DNA of 64,000 nt from Vicinamibacteria bacterium. Its GTDB lineage: Bacteria; Acidobacteriota; Vicinamibacteria; Vicinamibacterales; CAVVIG01. Under the pieces are notes generated by a model. The model had not been told where the DNA came from. It saw only the letters and a list, made by a program, of their open reading frames with translations, and made no database searches. The stretch is from assembly GCA_041485905.1 (NCBI GenBank), contig JBGPKK010000003.1, positions 2,042 through 66,041 on the forward strand, in the 5' to 3' direction. The position numbers were made by a program, and so were the translations under genes. Each line of letters opens with the position of its first letter. Positions within the stretch are counted from its first letter, which is position 1. This document shows positions 25,659 to 35,878 of this stretch, piece by piece.

Positions 25659-27458
25659 TCAGAATAGAGCCACCTGCTCCTCGGACCGCAGGTCGTGCCG
25701 TCGCATCCGGCTGCGCAGCCGCATCAGCGCGTGGCACCCCAACGCGCTCGCGACCAGCACGATGCTCCACACGTGCCCATCGAGAATTGGTACGACGCGC
25801 AACCATCGCATGATCGCTTCGCCTAGAACAGCCGCCGCCCCCAGAGGATGGCGCTGGGCAAGAAACGCCGCAAACACGAACACCGTGACCGGGCAGCTGA
25901 TGAGGGCGAGTCGGCTGACGCCGGCCGCGAACAGGTCGACGGCCCTGGTCGCGGCCTGGAACCGCTGGACGTGGCGTCTGATGACAGCGGCCCGAAAGAG
26001 CGTGAACTCTTCCAGGCGCTCGGCCATCTCCAGCGCGGCGCCGAGAGCAGAGAGCTCCTTTGCGCGTGACCTGTCGGCTGCGGTGGTGGCCAATGCCCGG
26101 CGATCCGCCGCTCGAAAGTACTGGGCGGCGATCTTCGAGTAATCGACCTCTGGAGCCAGGTACAACAGCGACGCGTCCAGAGTCTCCTGCGCCCGGCGGA
26201 TACGCAGCAGCGCCCATTCCATCGTGCAATCGTGCTCGTAGAGAATCCGGATCACGTCGTTGTAGATGACCGCGACCGACTTCTCATGGTACGGCACCTC
26301 GGGCACGGCGGTCTTGGCCGCCCACTCGTGCATGGCCCGGATGAACCCCTCGCGGATGGCGTCGAGGTCTACGCGCGGCAGCGGTCCACACATGAGCACG
26401 CACACATCCGCGGCCTTGGAGTAGTCGCGCGCCGCGAGCGCCAGAATCGTTTGACGAAAGTACTCGAGATACTCCCGCTCGGTGAAGCTGCATCCGCCGA
26501 AGTCGATGAGCGCCACCTGGCTGTCGCGCAGCAGCATGACGTTTCCCGGGTGCAGATCCCCATGGAAGAGGTTGTCTTCCAGTATCTGTCGCAGCAGCGA
26601 CAGGATGAGCCGCCGCCCGACCACCTTCGGGTCGACGCGGTTCTCCGCGAGCCACGATTCCACGCGGTCGGGATCGGTGTTGAGTACGTGAATGTAGTCC
26701 GCCATGAGCACCCCCTCGATGAACTCCGTGACCAGCACGCGTCTGGTTGCGTAGAACACCTTGGGAGCGACAATGTTGTGCGCCTCGAGCGTGCGCCGCA
26801 TGCGCCGCGTCGTCGAGCCTTCGTATCGGCAGTCCATTTCCTCCTGCATGATTTGATTGAGTTCCCAGATCAACTCGTCCCAGCGCAGGTTGGGCCGGTA
26901 CCCGACGCGCCGCACCATGCGCACAATCCACTGGATGATGCGAAGCTGGTGCTCGAAGGTCAGCGGGAGGTGCGGGCGTTGCACCTTGACGGCGACGCGA
27001 ACCCCCGATTGACCGAGACGCGCCAGATGGACCTGGCCCATTGACGCGGCGGCGATCGGTGTCTCGTCGAACTCACAAAAGAGTGACTGGAGAGGGCTTT
27101 CCAGATCGGCCTCGAGAATCCGGATGGCCTCGGCTGCCGGGAATCCCACGGCCTTGATCTGGAGCTGCGCGAGTTCGCGACAGAACTCGAGGGGAAACAG
27201 GTCGACTCGCAGCGAGAGCAGCTGTCCCAGTTTGATCCAGAGGCCGCCAAGGTCTTCGAGGAGCAACCGAAACCTGCGACCGTACTCGGAGGGGCCCCCA
27301 CGACGCGTGACCCGAAGCCACAGAGTGGCCACGCACCACCAAAGCAGCCGTGCCGCGATCGCGAGGAATGGGAAGCGCGCGGGCCGCGGCGACGCAACAA
27401 TGGTCACGGCGTCGTGATGCGCGACGAGCGGCGTGGGAATCGAGGCGGCTTTCAGCAT
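25659..27458 (-). CDS. ABC1/UbiB (AarF) atypical kinase family protein, tandem paralogue
   Basis: GGLWIKLGQLLSLRVDLFP, AAASMGQVHLARL..GVRVAVKVQRP, NLFHGDLHPGNVML, LIDFGGC. Start set at MLKAASIP; the ORF extends to 27578. Confidence 0.85.
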   Translation of the reverse strand: MLKAASIPTPLVAHHDAVTIVASPRPARFPFLAIAARLLWWCVATLWLRVTRRGGPSEYGRRFRLLLEDLGGLWIKLGQLLSLRVDLFPLEFCRELAQLQIKAVGFPAAEAIRILEADLESPLQSLFCEFDETPIAAASMGQVHLARLGQSGVRVAVKVQRPHLPLTFEHQLRIIQWIVRMVRRVGYRPNLRWDELIWELNQIMQEEMDCRYEGSTTRRMRRTLEAHNIVAPKVFYATRRVLVTEFIEGVLMADYIHVLNTDPDRVESWLAENRVDPKVVGRRLILSLLRQILEDNLFHGDLHPGNVMLLRDSQVALIDFGGCSFTEREYLEYFRQTILALAARDYSKAADVCVLMCGPLPRVDLDAIREGFIRAMHEWAAKTAVPEVPYHEKSVAVIYNDVIRILYEHDCTMEWALLRIRRAQETLDASLLYLAPEVDYSKIAAQYFRAADRRALATTAADRSRAKELSALGAALEMAERLEEFTLFRAAVIRRHVQRFQAATRAVDLFAAGVSRLALISCPVTVFVFAAFLAQRHPLGAAAVLGEAIMRWLRVVPILDGHVWSIVLVASALGCHALMRLRSRMRRHDLRSEEQVALF

Positions 27459-27652
27459 AGGACACGGGCGTGTGCGGCCCTCATGTTTCGATAAGGCGTC
27501 CCTCGTGGCACGCCCGCACACATCAACTCGGCGCCGACCTCGGGGGACAGCTTGGAAAGCGCGCAGAGTATACTGCACCGTGGCTCCGGGCGGTCGGTCA
27601 CCCGTGCTCAGCCGGGGCCCAAGAAATCTGCGACGCTCGGCGGCTCTGGCTT

Positions 27653-28720
27653 ATGCTGCCGGCCGAGGCTGAAGGAAGAGTCACTGTGGCGAGCAACTAC
27701 CAAGAACTCCGAAAACTGTTGGCGCGGGCCGGGTTTTTTGACAAGCAGCCTTTGTACTACGGCCTCGCCATGGCGGGCACCCTCCTAGGTTTCACGTTCT
27801 GTCTGTGGATCTTTACGTGGGCCACCCGGCCGGCGGCGATCTTCCTCAATACGTGCCTGTTCGGATTCATAAGCGTTCAACTGGGATTCCTGATGCACGA
27901 TGCCGGGCACGGAGCGATTTTTCGAGAGACCTGGAAGAATGACGCGGTCGGCCTGATCGCGGCAGACCTGTTAATCGGCCTCGCCTACGGCTGGTATACG
28001 CCTCATCACAGCCGGCACCATGCACATCCGAATCACAACGAACTGGATCCCGACCTGCCAGTGCTGAGGGTTGCCCTCGCGCTATCCGAGGAGGAGGCGC
28101 GGAATGTTCGCGGTTGGAAGCGGTTGGTCGTGAAACATCAGGCCTATCTCCTTCCGCTGCTGTTTCCGATGGAGACGTTGACCCTCAAGTTCCTCGGCTT
28201 CAAATTCCTGCTCCTCGAACGGCCGCGACGCCGGTGGCTCGAGCTGGGGTTGGTGACGCTGCACCATGCCGCGTATATCGGATTCCTTGTCTATTGGCTG
28301 GGTCCGTGGCCCGCACTAGGGGTCGCTCTCATGCACCATATGGTGGCAGGCACCTACCTCTCGACGGTCCTCATGACAAATCACCTGGGCCGTCCTTTCG
28401 CGTCGAAGGACGCGTCGGATCCCTTTGTCGATCAGGTCGAGCCTTCACGGAATGTGAGGACGCATCCGTTGTTCGAGTGTCTCTGGGGGTCGCTGAACCA
28501 CCAGATCGAACACCACCTCTTCCCGGCTATGAGCCGCAATAAGATCCGGCGCGCCTTGCCGATCGTCAGAAAGTTCTGCGTGGAGCGCGGGGTGGCGTAC
28601 GAAGAGGTGTCCCTCTTCGAGTGCTACCGCCAGATTTTGAGAGAGCTGAATCACATCGGCGCGTCGACCCGCGGGTCCGAGGCGCCAACCTCCCACGGGT
28701 CCAGGGCGTCAACTTCCTGA
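27653..28720 (+). CDS. membrane fatty acid desaturase family protein
   Basis: Three His boxes (HDAGH, HSRHHAHPN, HQIEHHLFP) and four TM segments. An alternative GTG start at 27686 follows GAAGGAAGAG. Confidence 0.88.
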   Translation: MLPAEAEGRVTVASNYQELRKLLARAGFFDKQPLYYGLAMAGTLLGFTFCLWIFTWATRPAAIFLNTCLFGFISVQLGFLMHDAGHGAIFRETWKNDAVGLIAADLLIGLAYGWYTPHHSRHHAHPNHNELDPDLPVLRVALALSEEEARNVRGWKRLVVKHQAYLLPLLFPMETLTLKFLGFKFLLLERPRRRWLELGLVTLHHAAYIGFLVYWLGPWPALGVALMHHMVAGTYLSTVLMTNHLGRPFASKDASDPFVDQVEPSRNVRTHPLFECLWGSLNHQIEHHLFPAMSRNKIRRALPIVRKFCVERGVAYEEVSLFECYRQILRELNHIGASTRGSEAPTSHGSRASTS

Positions 28721-28945
28721 GCGTCGCGCCGTTCGAGGAGCACTGCGCCCCTCTCTCGCACACCGCCCGTGTTGTCTCCTCGGATCACCCACACGTGGCC
28801 GGTCGGAGACCGCCCCCCGCATCACACGGCATTGTCGGGACATCGACGGCATGTTAAGTCTAGATGACGTCAGGCACGGACGCGCCACCGGTACACCAAA
28901 GGGCAAGTGCCTGTACCGCGAAGGTGACTTTTCGTAACCGGCACG

Positions 28946-30316
28946 TTGGGGGCGGTCGTGAAGATTGTTGTTACCGGCGGTTCCGGCCAACTGGGCACGC
29001 TGTTGCTGCGGCGCCTGTTTGGAGACCGCGGAGTGGAATCGGTCATCTCAATCGACCTCCGGCCGCCGCTGCTGCGCAGCCGCAAACTGCAGTGGATTCG
29101 AGCCGACGTTCGAGACCCCGACATCGGTCAGTATTTCCAGAGCGGCGACGCGATCGTGCATCTCGCGTACCTGGTGTCTGGCTATTACGCCGGCAACTTG
29201 GCGGAAGAGGTCAACGTCCAAGGCAGCCGCAATGTGTTCACGCAGGCCATGGCCTCGGGCGTGCCGCATCTTGTGTTCTGCTCGTCGGTCGCCGCGTACG
29301 GTGCCGTGCCGGGTCACCCGATGCCGCTCGTCGAAAACAGCCCGCGCCGTTTTCAGCCGGAATTCGGATACGCCGCCACGAAGTTCAAGGTCGAAGAGTG
29401 GCTCGACGCCATCGAACGAGACCGCCCCGATGTGATCGTCAGCCGGATTCGGCCGGCGATCCTTGTCGGACCGCAGATGCCCAATCTCATGGGAACCATG
29501 CTTCGGCACCGGCTCCTTCCCGACATGGGGGCGCCGTTGCCTGTTGTCTGGGACGAAGACGTGGTCGAAGCGCTCGTGCTGATTTTGCGCATGCGCGCGC
29601 CCGGCGCCTTCAACCTTGCCGCCGACTCGCCGATGCCGACGAGGGAACTGGCCGCATCGGTCCGCATGCGGCCGGTCAGGGTTCCGCCCCGATTTCTCGC
29701 CCGCCCTCTGGCCGAGCTCTCGCGGGTGGGGGAATGGCTCCGGCTCGGGTACTCCTTCGATCCCGCGTGGCTCACGTGCGGCGGTGTGCCGATGACCATG
29801 AGCAGCCAGCGGGCGCGCGAGGTCCTCGGCTGGAAACCGCGCTGCCCGACCACGCTGGACGTGCTGACGACCTACGTGACGATAGCCAGGCGGCGGAGCG
29901 GAGCGCGAATCCGCTGGTTTTTTCGAGCCGTGAGAATGGCCTCGTGGCATCAGCCGAAAAGCCTGGAACTGGCAGGAATGCACTTGCTGATTCACCTGAT
30001 GCTCACGGGTCCCGAAGGCGCCGACTACAGCATTCTCGTCGAGGACGGGCGTTTGCGTATGCGGCCGGGTCTCCGCCGCCCGGCCGACGCGGTCATCACG
30101 ATGAAGTCAACGCTGTTTCTCAAGCTCTTGTGCGGCCGGTCGAGCTGGAGCCAGGAGTTGTTGGCCGGACGAATTCTCGCGGAGGGCCAACCCCATGCGT
30201 GGATGGTCGTCGCGGGGATCATTTCGAATTTCCGCGGTCAAGTGCATACCCAGGGGCCGCAGGGATGGGGACCTCGGCTGCTCGGACGCTGGCTCGCGTC
30301 GACAGGTGATGTGTGA
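28946..30316 (+). CDS. NAD-dependent epimerase/dehydratase (extended SDR) fused to a C-terminal SCP2 sterol/lipid-carrier domain
   Basis: VVTGGSGQLGTLLLRRL glycine-rich loop and YAATKFKVE (YxxxK). C-terminal about 110 aa (ADYSILVEDGRLRMRPG...AVITMKSTLFLKLLCGRSSWSQELLAGRILAEGQ) has the SCP2 pattern. TTG 28946 or GTG 28958 start. Confidence 0.8.
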   Translation: MGAVVKIVVTGGSGQLGTLLLRRLFGDRGVESVISIDLRPPLLRSRKLQWIRADVRDPDIGQYFQSGDAIVHLAYLVSGYYAGNLAEEVNVQGSRNVFTQAMASGVPHLVFCSSVAAYGAVPGHPMPLVENSPRRFQPEFGYAATKFKVEEWLDAIERDRPDVIVSRIRPAILVGPQMPNLMGTMLRHRLLPDMGAPLPVVWDEDVVEALVLILRMRAPGAFNLAADSPMPTRELAASVRMRPVRVPPRFLARPLAELSRVGEWLRLGYSFDPAWLTCGGVPMTMSSQRAREVLGWKPRCPTTLDVLTTYVTIARRRSGARIRWFFRAVRMASWHQPKSLELAGMHLLIHLMLTGPEGADYSILVEDGRLRMRPGLRRPADAVITMKSTLFLKLLCGRSSWSQELLAGRILAEGQPHAWMVVAGIISNFRGQVHTQGPQGWGPRLLGRWLASTGDV

Positions 30317-31383
30317 AGTTCTCGCTCTTCTTTGAAATGCAGATCTCGCAACCGAGCCCGCAGAAGGAGGCACGAGCCTTTCACGATGCGCTCGAAGCCG
30401 CGGTCCTGGCCGACGCCCTTGGTTATCATTGTGCGTGGGCCGTGGAGCATCATGGCCTCTTCGAGTACTCGCACAGCTCCGCTCCTGAGGTGTTCCTCTC
30501 GTTTGTCGCCGCGAAGACCCGACGGATCCGTGTCGGTCACGGGGTGACGCTCCTGCCGTCCCGATACAACCATCCGATCCGCGTCGCCGAGCGCATCGCC
30601 ACTCTCGACATTCTCTCGGAGGGCCGCGTCAACTGGGGTTCGGGCAAGTCCGCGTCGCTCGTCGAGCAAGCCGCGTTCGAAATCGACCGCGCCACATTAC
30701 ACGAACAGTGGCTTGAGGCGCTCGAGATCATCCCAAGGATGTGGAAGGAACCGGTGTTCGAGTACAAAGGGCGATTCTTCGACATTCCGCCAACGCAGGT
30801 GATTCCCAAGCCTGTGCAGTCGCCTCACCCGCCGATATTCGCCGCCTGCTCGAAACCCGACAGTGCGGCGCTCGTGGGCCGTCTGGGGATCGGCGCCTTG
30901 AATTTCGCCATTGGCTCCGACGACTATCTGGCCGAGAAGGTCGAGCAGTATCGGCAGGCGGTCTCTGAGGCAAAGCCCGACGGAAGGGCGATCAATAACT
31001 CGTTCGCGTGCACGCCCGTGACCCTGGTCCTCAACGACGATCGCAAGGCCTGCGCCTACGGGTATCGAGGCGCCCGGTTCTTCGCCGACACGCTCGCCCT
31101 CTACTACTGGAGCGGGACACGCCCCGTGGGACCGCTCGAGGTGGAGCGTGGCTTTTTCCCGGACGCGGAGCTCGACGAGGCGATGCGGTTGCGCAACGCC
31201 CCGGGATCCCAGGTGGCAGTGATCGCCGGCGATCCCGTGTCGGCGCGGGAGACAGTCCAGCGATTCGTCGATAGCGGTGTCGACGAGCTCCTCCTGGTGA
31301 TGCACGCGGGGACCATTCCGCATGACCTCATCATGGAATCGATACGGACGTTTGCCGAGCAGGTGATGCCGCATTTCGTGTAA
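30313..31383 (+). CDS. LLM-class (luciferase-like) flavin-dependent oxidoreductase
   Basis: MKFSLFFEMQ..., LGYHCAWAVEHHG, IRVGHGVTLLP motifs. GTG start overlaps the upstream stop (GTGA). Confidence 0.88.
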   Translation: MKFSLFFEMQISQPSPQKEARAFHDALEAAVLADALGYHCAWAVEHHGLFEYSHSSAPEVFLSFVAAKTRRIRVGHGVTLLPSRYNHPIRVAERIATLDILSEGRVNWGSGKSASLVEQAAFEIDRATLHEQWLEALEIIPRMWKEPVFEYKGRFFDIPPTQVIPKPVQSPHPPIFAACSKPDSAALVGRLGIGALNFAIGSDDYLAEKVEQYRQAVSEAKPDGRAINNSFACTPVTLVLNDDRKACAYGYRGARFFADTLALYYWSGTRPVGPLEVERGFFPDAELDEAMRLRNAPGSQVAVIAGDPVSARETVQRFVDSGVDELLLVMHAGTIPHDLIMESIRTFAEQVMPHFV

Positions 31384-31466
31384 CTCGAGCTCGGAGAGCC
31401 CGTGCGGCACCGGTCGATCGCGCCGAGTCGGGCCGGCCGGCGCAGCCGAATCTGAGCGTCGGTGGG

Positions 31467-32387
31467 TCAGTCGCGCCCCGAGGTCCATGCCGAGGGGTTC
31501 TCACACAACGCCGCCACCACGTCTGCCACGTGCGCATCGCGCTGCATCGTGAGGTGCGCGATGCCTGTGAATCTGTAGGAGAACGCCAGATTCCCGTCGG
31601 GATCCGCGAGCAAACACAGCTGCGGCGGCGTGACGATTTGGTCGCATTCGGACCACAGCGTCGCATAGGGAGGCGAGGGAGGCGCCGCCGCCAGGGACAT
31701 CACGAAGCGACTACCGACCTCCATTTCGCGCCGCGGTCCACCGAACGCCAAAAGTGCCATCCAGGTGCCCTGAAGCGGCGTGCTGATCATGATCAGCTGT
31801 CTGACGCGGGCGCCTTGTCCGAGTCTTTCGATGTACCAGCGGGACAGAAAGCCGCCCCAGCTGTGAGCGATGATATCGACCTGGCTCGCGCCCTGCTCGG
31901 CAAGCGCCCGCTCGATCAATCGGGCCAGGTCCTGGCTCGATTCCTCCACCGGTGCCAACCAGTTGTATTCCAGCGCGTACATCGGGCGGCCGACGCCCCG
32001 GCGCGCCAGCATTCGCATGAACCAGTACCAGCTCATGGTCGAGACCCCGTAACCATGCACGAAAATGACCGGTGGCACACCCTGTCCCGGACTCATGTTG
32101 AAGCCCCTGGCCATCGGCCTGCACATGTACAAGCCGACAAAGAGCATGAGGCTCCAGACCTCCCTGACCATCGCGTTGAGCGCGCGTGGCGGGATTCTGC
32201 GGTGCGCATAGCGTTCGGTCTGGGGCTTTCGCGCGAACAGGAACCGCGGAGCGACAAGAAACGAATAGACGAACCCCCCAATGGACGCAAGGATGCTGGC
32301 CACGGCGAGCGCGGCGACCACAGCCGCCGGCGCCGACAGGATCCACAACCAGCCCGGAATGGAACGCCAGGTGAGCACGGAGGTCAC
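31467..32387 (-). CDS. membrane-anchored lipase-family alpha/beta hydrolase
   Basis: VIFVHGYGVS and nucleophile elbow IIAHSWGG. N-terminal TM helices. GTG start at 32387 overlaps the P450 stop (GTGA). The ORF upstream of that overlaps the P450 coding sequence. Confidence 0.75.
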   Translation of the reverse strand: MTSVLTWRSIPGWLWILSAPAAVVAALAVASILASIGGFVYSFLVAPRFLFARKPQTERYAHRRIPPRALNAMVREVWSLMLFVGLYMCRPMARGFNMSPGQGVPPVIFVHGYGVSTMSWYWFMRMLARRGVGRPMYALEYNWLAPVEESSQDLARLIERALAEQGASQVDIIAHSWGGFLSRWYIERLGQGARVRQLIMISTPLQGTWMALLAFGGPRREMEVGSRFVMSLAAAPPSPPYATLWSECDQIVTPPQLCLLADPDGNLAFSYRFTGIAHLTMQRDAHVADVVAALCENPSAWTSGRD

Positions 32388-33817
32388 TGAGGCCGGCCAG
32401 CACCCGGGGGCGTATTTCCAGAGTGGCGCTCGAGAATGTCCTGCCCGTCGGCCTCGGGCGCGAAGTCCCGGTCTGGCCCGACTGCTTGTTCCAGCGCGAG
32501 AACCACACCATCGTGCGGACCGAGCAGCACACCCCTCCGCGTCGGCCGGACGGAGCCCTTGGTCACCAGGCGGAACCGGCAGCATCGAAGGATCGTGGCC
32601 AACACGATTTTCATTTCGTACATGGCCAGCGACGCGCCAAGACATCGATGAGTGCCGCCGCCAAACGGGATGAACTCGAACGCCGAGTACTTGCGGTCGA
32701 GAAACCGTTCGGGCCGGAATTCCAGCGGCCGGGGGTAGATGGCTTCATTCATGTGGACGAGCGCAATCGATGGCGCCACGGTCACGCCGGCAGGCAGCTG
32801 ATACCCGAGCAACGTCATCGGCCGACGCAGAAGGCGCGTGACCTCCGGCACGATCGGTCCGAGGCGGAGGCTTTCGTTGCAGACCGCGTCGAGGTACGCC
32901 AGTGACGCGAGTCGCCCAGTACCCCCTGCGGAGCCGGTTGTCGCCAGTTCCTCCCGGAGTCGGTCGAGCGTCGCCGGGTGACGATGAAGCCAATACAACG
33001 TCCACGCGAGCGACCCCGCAAGCGTTTCGTGGCCGGCATAGACCAACGAGACCAACTGGTCGCGGACTTCGACGTCGCTATATCCGTGCCCCTCCTCGTC
33101 GCGGACGCCGACAAGCACGCTGAGCAGATCGTCCCCCGCCTCACGGCGTCGGGCCTCGTCGATCATCTGCTGGGCGATTCCGTTGAGGTGCCGCATCGCG
33201 CGCTGAAAACGCGCCCATGGACCGACCCCGCCGAATTCCCGGCGAATGAACGGCAGAAACGCAATCGCCGGACTCATCGTCCGCTGGACCGCCAGGAGGG
33301 CGTTCCGAAGTGCCTCCTTCCGTTCGTCCTTTGCCGCAAAGAACACGGTCAGAATGATCTCCAAGGTGATCGCGTGCATGGCGTCCTGGGCGACGATCGG
33401 TGTGCCGACCGGCCACCGACTCGCTTCCTGCCGGGTCAGCTCAGCCATGGCGGCGGCGTGATGGCTCACCGAACGTGTGTGAAACCGAGGCGTCAGCAAA
33501 CGCCGGTTCCGCAGGTGCTCATGTCCGCTGGTCACCATCAACGATGTCGGGCCCAGGAACGGTTCGACAACGGTTCGGGCAAAAATTCCGAAGCTTTCCG
33601 GCGGGGCAGAAAAGATGGTTTCGATCCCTTCGGGCCGGCCCGTCACGACCAGCGGCCCCCACGGCGTCACGAGGCTGAACGGATCGCCGTACCGCTTCAC
33701 GCAGCGCGCGTAGAAGCCGTACGAATCCCTGAGATAGTGCGCCGCGATGAGCGGGAACGAGCGCGGTCCGGGCGGAAGATCTGCTAGACGAGGTGGCGGG
33801 AGCTCTGTGGGAGGCAC
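32384..33817 (-). CDS. cytochrome P450
   Basis: Heme-thiolate loop FIPFGGGTHRCLGASLA, I-helix YAGHETLAGS, ExxR (NESLRL), N-terminal PPGP. Start provisionally at GTG 33817 (VPPTELPPPRLADLPPGP). The ORF extends to 34135, but that extension is Arg-rich and not P450-like. Confidence 0.85.
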   Translation of the reverse strand: MPPTELPPPRLADLPPGPRSFPLIAAHYLRDSYGFYARCVKRYGDPFSLVTPWGPLVVTGRPEGIETIFSAPPESFGIFARTVVEPFLGPTSLMVTSGHEHLRNRRLLTPRFHTRSVSHHAAAMAELTRQEASRWPVGTPIVAQDAMHAITLEIILTVFFAAKDERKEALRNALLAVQRTMSPAIAFLPFIRREFGGVGPWARFQRAMRHLNGIAQQMIDEARRREAGDDLLSVLVGVRDEEGHGYSDVEVRDQLVSLVYAGHETLAGSLAWTLYWLHRHPATLDRLREELATTGSAGGTGRLASLAYLDAVCNESLRLGPIVPEVTRLLRRPMTLLGYQLPAGVTVAPSIALVHMNEAIYPRPLEFRPERFLDRKYSAFEFIPFGGGTHRCLGASLAMYEMKIVLATILRCCRFRLVTKGSVRPTRRGVLLGPHDGVVLALEQAVGPDRDFAPEADGQDILERHSGNTPPGAGRPQ

Positions 33818-34143
33818 ACCGGCTCTCGGAGGCTGTGATCGTATCGGGGTTCGACTGACGAATGTGACACGAGCTGAACTCCGATGAAGCTTACCACCGA
33901 TCAAGTGCCTGAGCGACCGATCGAGCCTCAGCTGCGTTGTGAAACGAAAGACGCGACCCCTTCGTCGCCTCTCGAACCGCCCGATTGCGTCGGACGTCGT
34001 CGGCGCAGAAGGGCGACACGCAGAAAGGCGGGCGTTTGACGCACCAGTGGGAAGGGGATAGGCTTCCTTGCTGTTCTCGGAGCGGTCCTCCGGACCGGCC
34101 ACCAGAACAAGGACAGCCATCCGCGACCAGAACAAAGGAACGT

Positions 34144-35394
34144 GTGGGACATTTCCTCAATTTAGACGGCTTGGCTTTGAACAAGAGCCAAGGGAAGTGG
34201 AAGCGGACTGCCGAAGCAGTGGTTCGCGAGGTGCTTCGGCCGAACGCGGACCGCGTCGATCGGTCGGCGGTTTTTCCGCAGGAGAATATCAAAGCGCTGT
34301 CAGATGCGGGGTTGCTCGGGCTGCTCGTCGACAAAGAATACGGGGGCCCCGGTGAGAGTATTCTCACGGCAGTGGTGGTGACCGAGGCGATCTCGAAGGG
34401 GTGCGCCGCCACCGGCATGGCCTACCACATGCACCAGACGACCATCCCCGTCATGTGCGCCATGGCCACGCCGGAGCAGGCCGAGGCGTACGTTGCCCCG
34501 ATTGCCCGGGATCAATTGTTCGGGGCCTTTGCGATGAGCGAGCCGGGCTCGGGCAACAAGATCTGGCACATGGACAGCTTTGCCGAGCCGAACGGCGACG
34601 GGTTCGTCATCGACTCATTCAAGTCTTTCTGCACCAGTTCTGGCTACGTCGACTACTACCTGGTGCCTGTGCGGTCCGCTCGCGGGGTCGCCGCCCATGA
34701 CATGAGCCTGTTCTTCATCAGGGGCGACGACCCGAACATCAAGTGCATCGGCGACTGGGACGGCATGGGACTGCGGGGCAATTCCAGCCGGCCTGTCCAT
34801 TTCGATCACTGTCAGGTGCCCGGCGCGCAGCGGCTGGGAAACCCGAACGAAGGCTTCGGGTACATGATGGCCTTTGCGCTGCCCATCTATCTCTGCGGGA
34901 TGGCCGCGGTCTACATCGGGGTCGCTCAGGCCGCCTACGAAGCGGCGGTGGAACACGTCAAGACACGCATTCACTCCGATACCAATCGCTCGCTGGCCCA
35001 CCTGGAGACGGTGCAGCGGCTCGTGGCCGAAATGCGCATCGCCATCGATACGGTCCGCTTCACGACCATTCGCATCGCCCAGCACGCCGACAACGCGATG
35101 GTGCTCTTCAGTGAGTTCAAGCAGGCTGGTCTGCTGGACGAGGTCATCCGTGACAATCCAGACGATCCGTTCTTTATCGAGGTGGCCTCGTTGAAGCCGG
35201 CGGCATGCGAGATGGCCATCATGGTGACCAACAAGGCGCTCCAGGTCTGCGGGGGCGCGGGTTATAAACGCGGCCACGTGGTCGAGCGCTGCTATCGCGA
35301 CGGGCGCGCCGGATCGGTCATGGGCCCGTCGGACGATACGGTCAAGCTCGTCATCGGGACGCAAATCCTCGGCCTCGACCAACCCTGGACGTAA
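34144..35394 (+). CDS. acyl-CoA (or acyl-ACP) dehydrogenase family protein
   Basis: FPQENIKALSDAGLLGLLV, FAMSEPGSGN, C-terminal QVCGGAGYKRGHVVERCYRDGRAG. GTG start at 34144 follows AAGGAA. Confidence 0.85.
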   Translation: MGHFLNLDGLALNKSQGKWKRTAEAVVREVLRPNADRVDRSAVFPQENIKALSDAGLLGLLVDKEYGGPGESILTAVVVTEAISKGCAATGMAYHMHQTTIPVMCAMATPEQAEAYVAPIARDQLFGAFAMSEPGSGNKIWHMDSFAEPNGDGFVIDSFKSFCTSSGYVDYYLVPVRSARGVAAHDMSLFFIRGDDPNIKCIGDWDGMGLRGNSSRPVHFDHCQVPGAQRLGNPNEGFGYMMAFALPIYLCGMAAVYIGVAQAAYEAAVEHVKTRIHSDTNRSLAHLETVQRLVAEMRIAIDTVRFTTIRIAQHADNAMVLFSEFKQAGLLDEVIRDNPDDPFFIEVASLKPAACEMAIMVTNKALQVCGGAGYKRGHVVERCYRDGRAGSVMGPSDDTVKLVIGTQILGLDQPWT

Positions 35395-35446
35395 GCGCTG
35401 GCGTTCATCGGTGTGTCTTTCACGTGCTGAGCAGGCAGGATCCAAG

Positions 35447-35824
35447 ATGTGGACTTCAGAAAAGCGAACATACGAGAACGTTCTGCAGGATTTCAAAGAC
35501 CGCTTCAACGGCAATCCCCGGGCCCAGAAGCTGGTCAAGGACTGGAATCGAATCGTTCTCCTGGATTCCACGGATACGGGCTCGAAATTCGGCCTGGTCG
35601 TGAAAGATCAGGTGATGGTCGAAGTTCGGCCGATGTGCGATTTCGACGAAGAGGCCGACGGAGTGGTTCATCTGCAGGCGGAAGAGGATGTCTTGCAGGA
35701 GATCTTCGCCGGAAGGTACAACCCGGCCACTGCGCTCGTGGACGGGGCGCTCGCCGTCTATTCCCCGGACCGGGACAAGGTCAAGCTCGAGGCATTGGCC
35801 ATGGTCATCTGGCGCCTTGGATAA
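35447..35824 (+). CDS. stand-alone SCP2 sterol/lipid-carrier domain protein
   Basis: 125 aa. FGLVVKDQVMVEVRP...VVHLQAEEDVLQEIFAGRYNPATALVDGALAVYS matches the SCP2 pattern. Confidence 0.72.
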   Translation: MWTSEKRTYENVLQDFKDRFNGNPRAQKLVKDWNRIVLLDSTDTGSKFGLVVKDQVMVEVRPMCDFDEEADGVVHLQAEEDVLQEIFAGRYNPATALVDGALAVYSPDRDKVKLEALAMVIWRLG

Positions 35825-35878
35825 CGGCCGAAACGACGGCCGACCGCTGGGTCCAGCTCAGGATTCACGGCGCAACCG

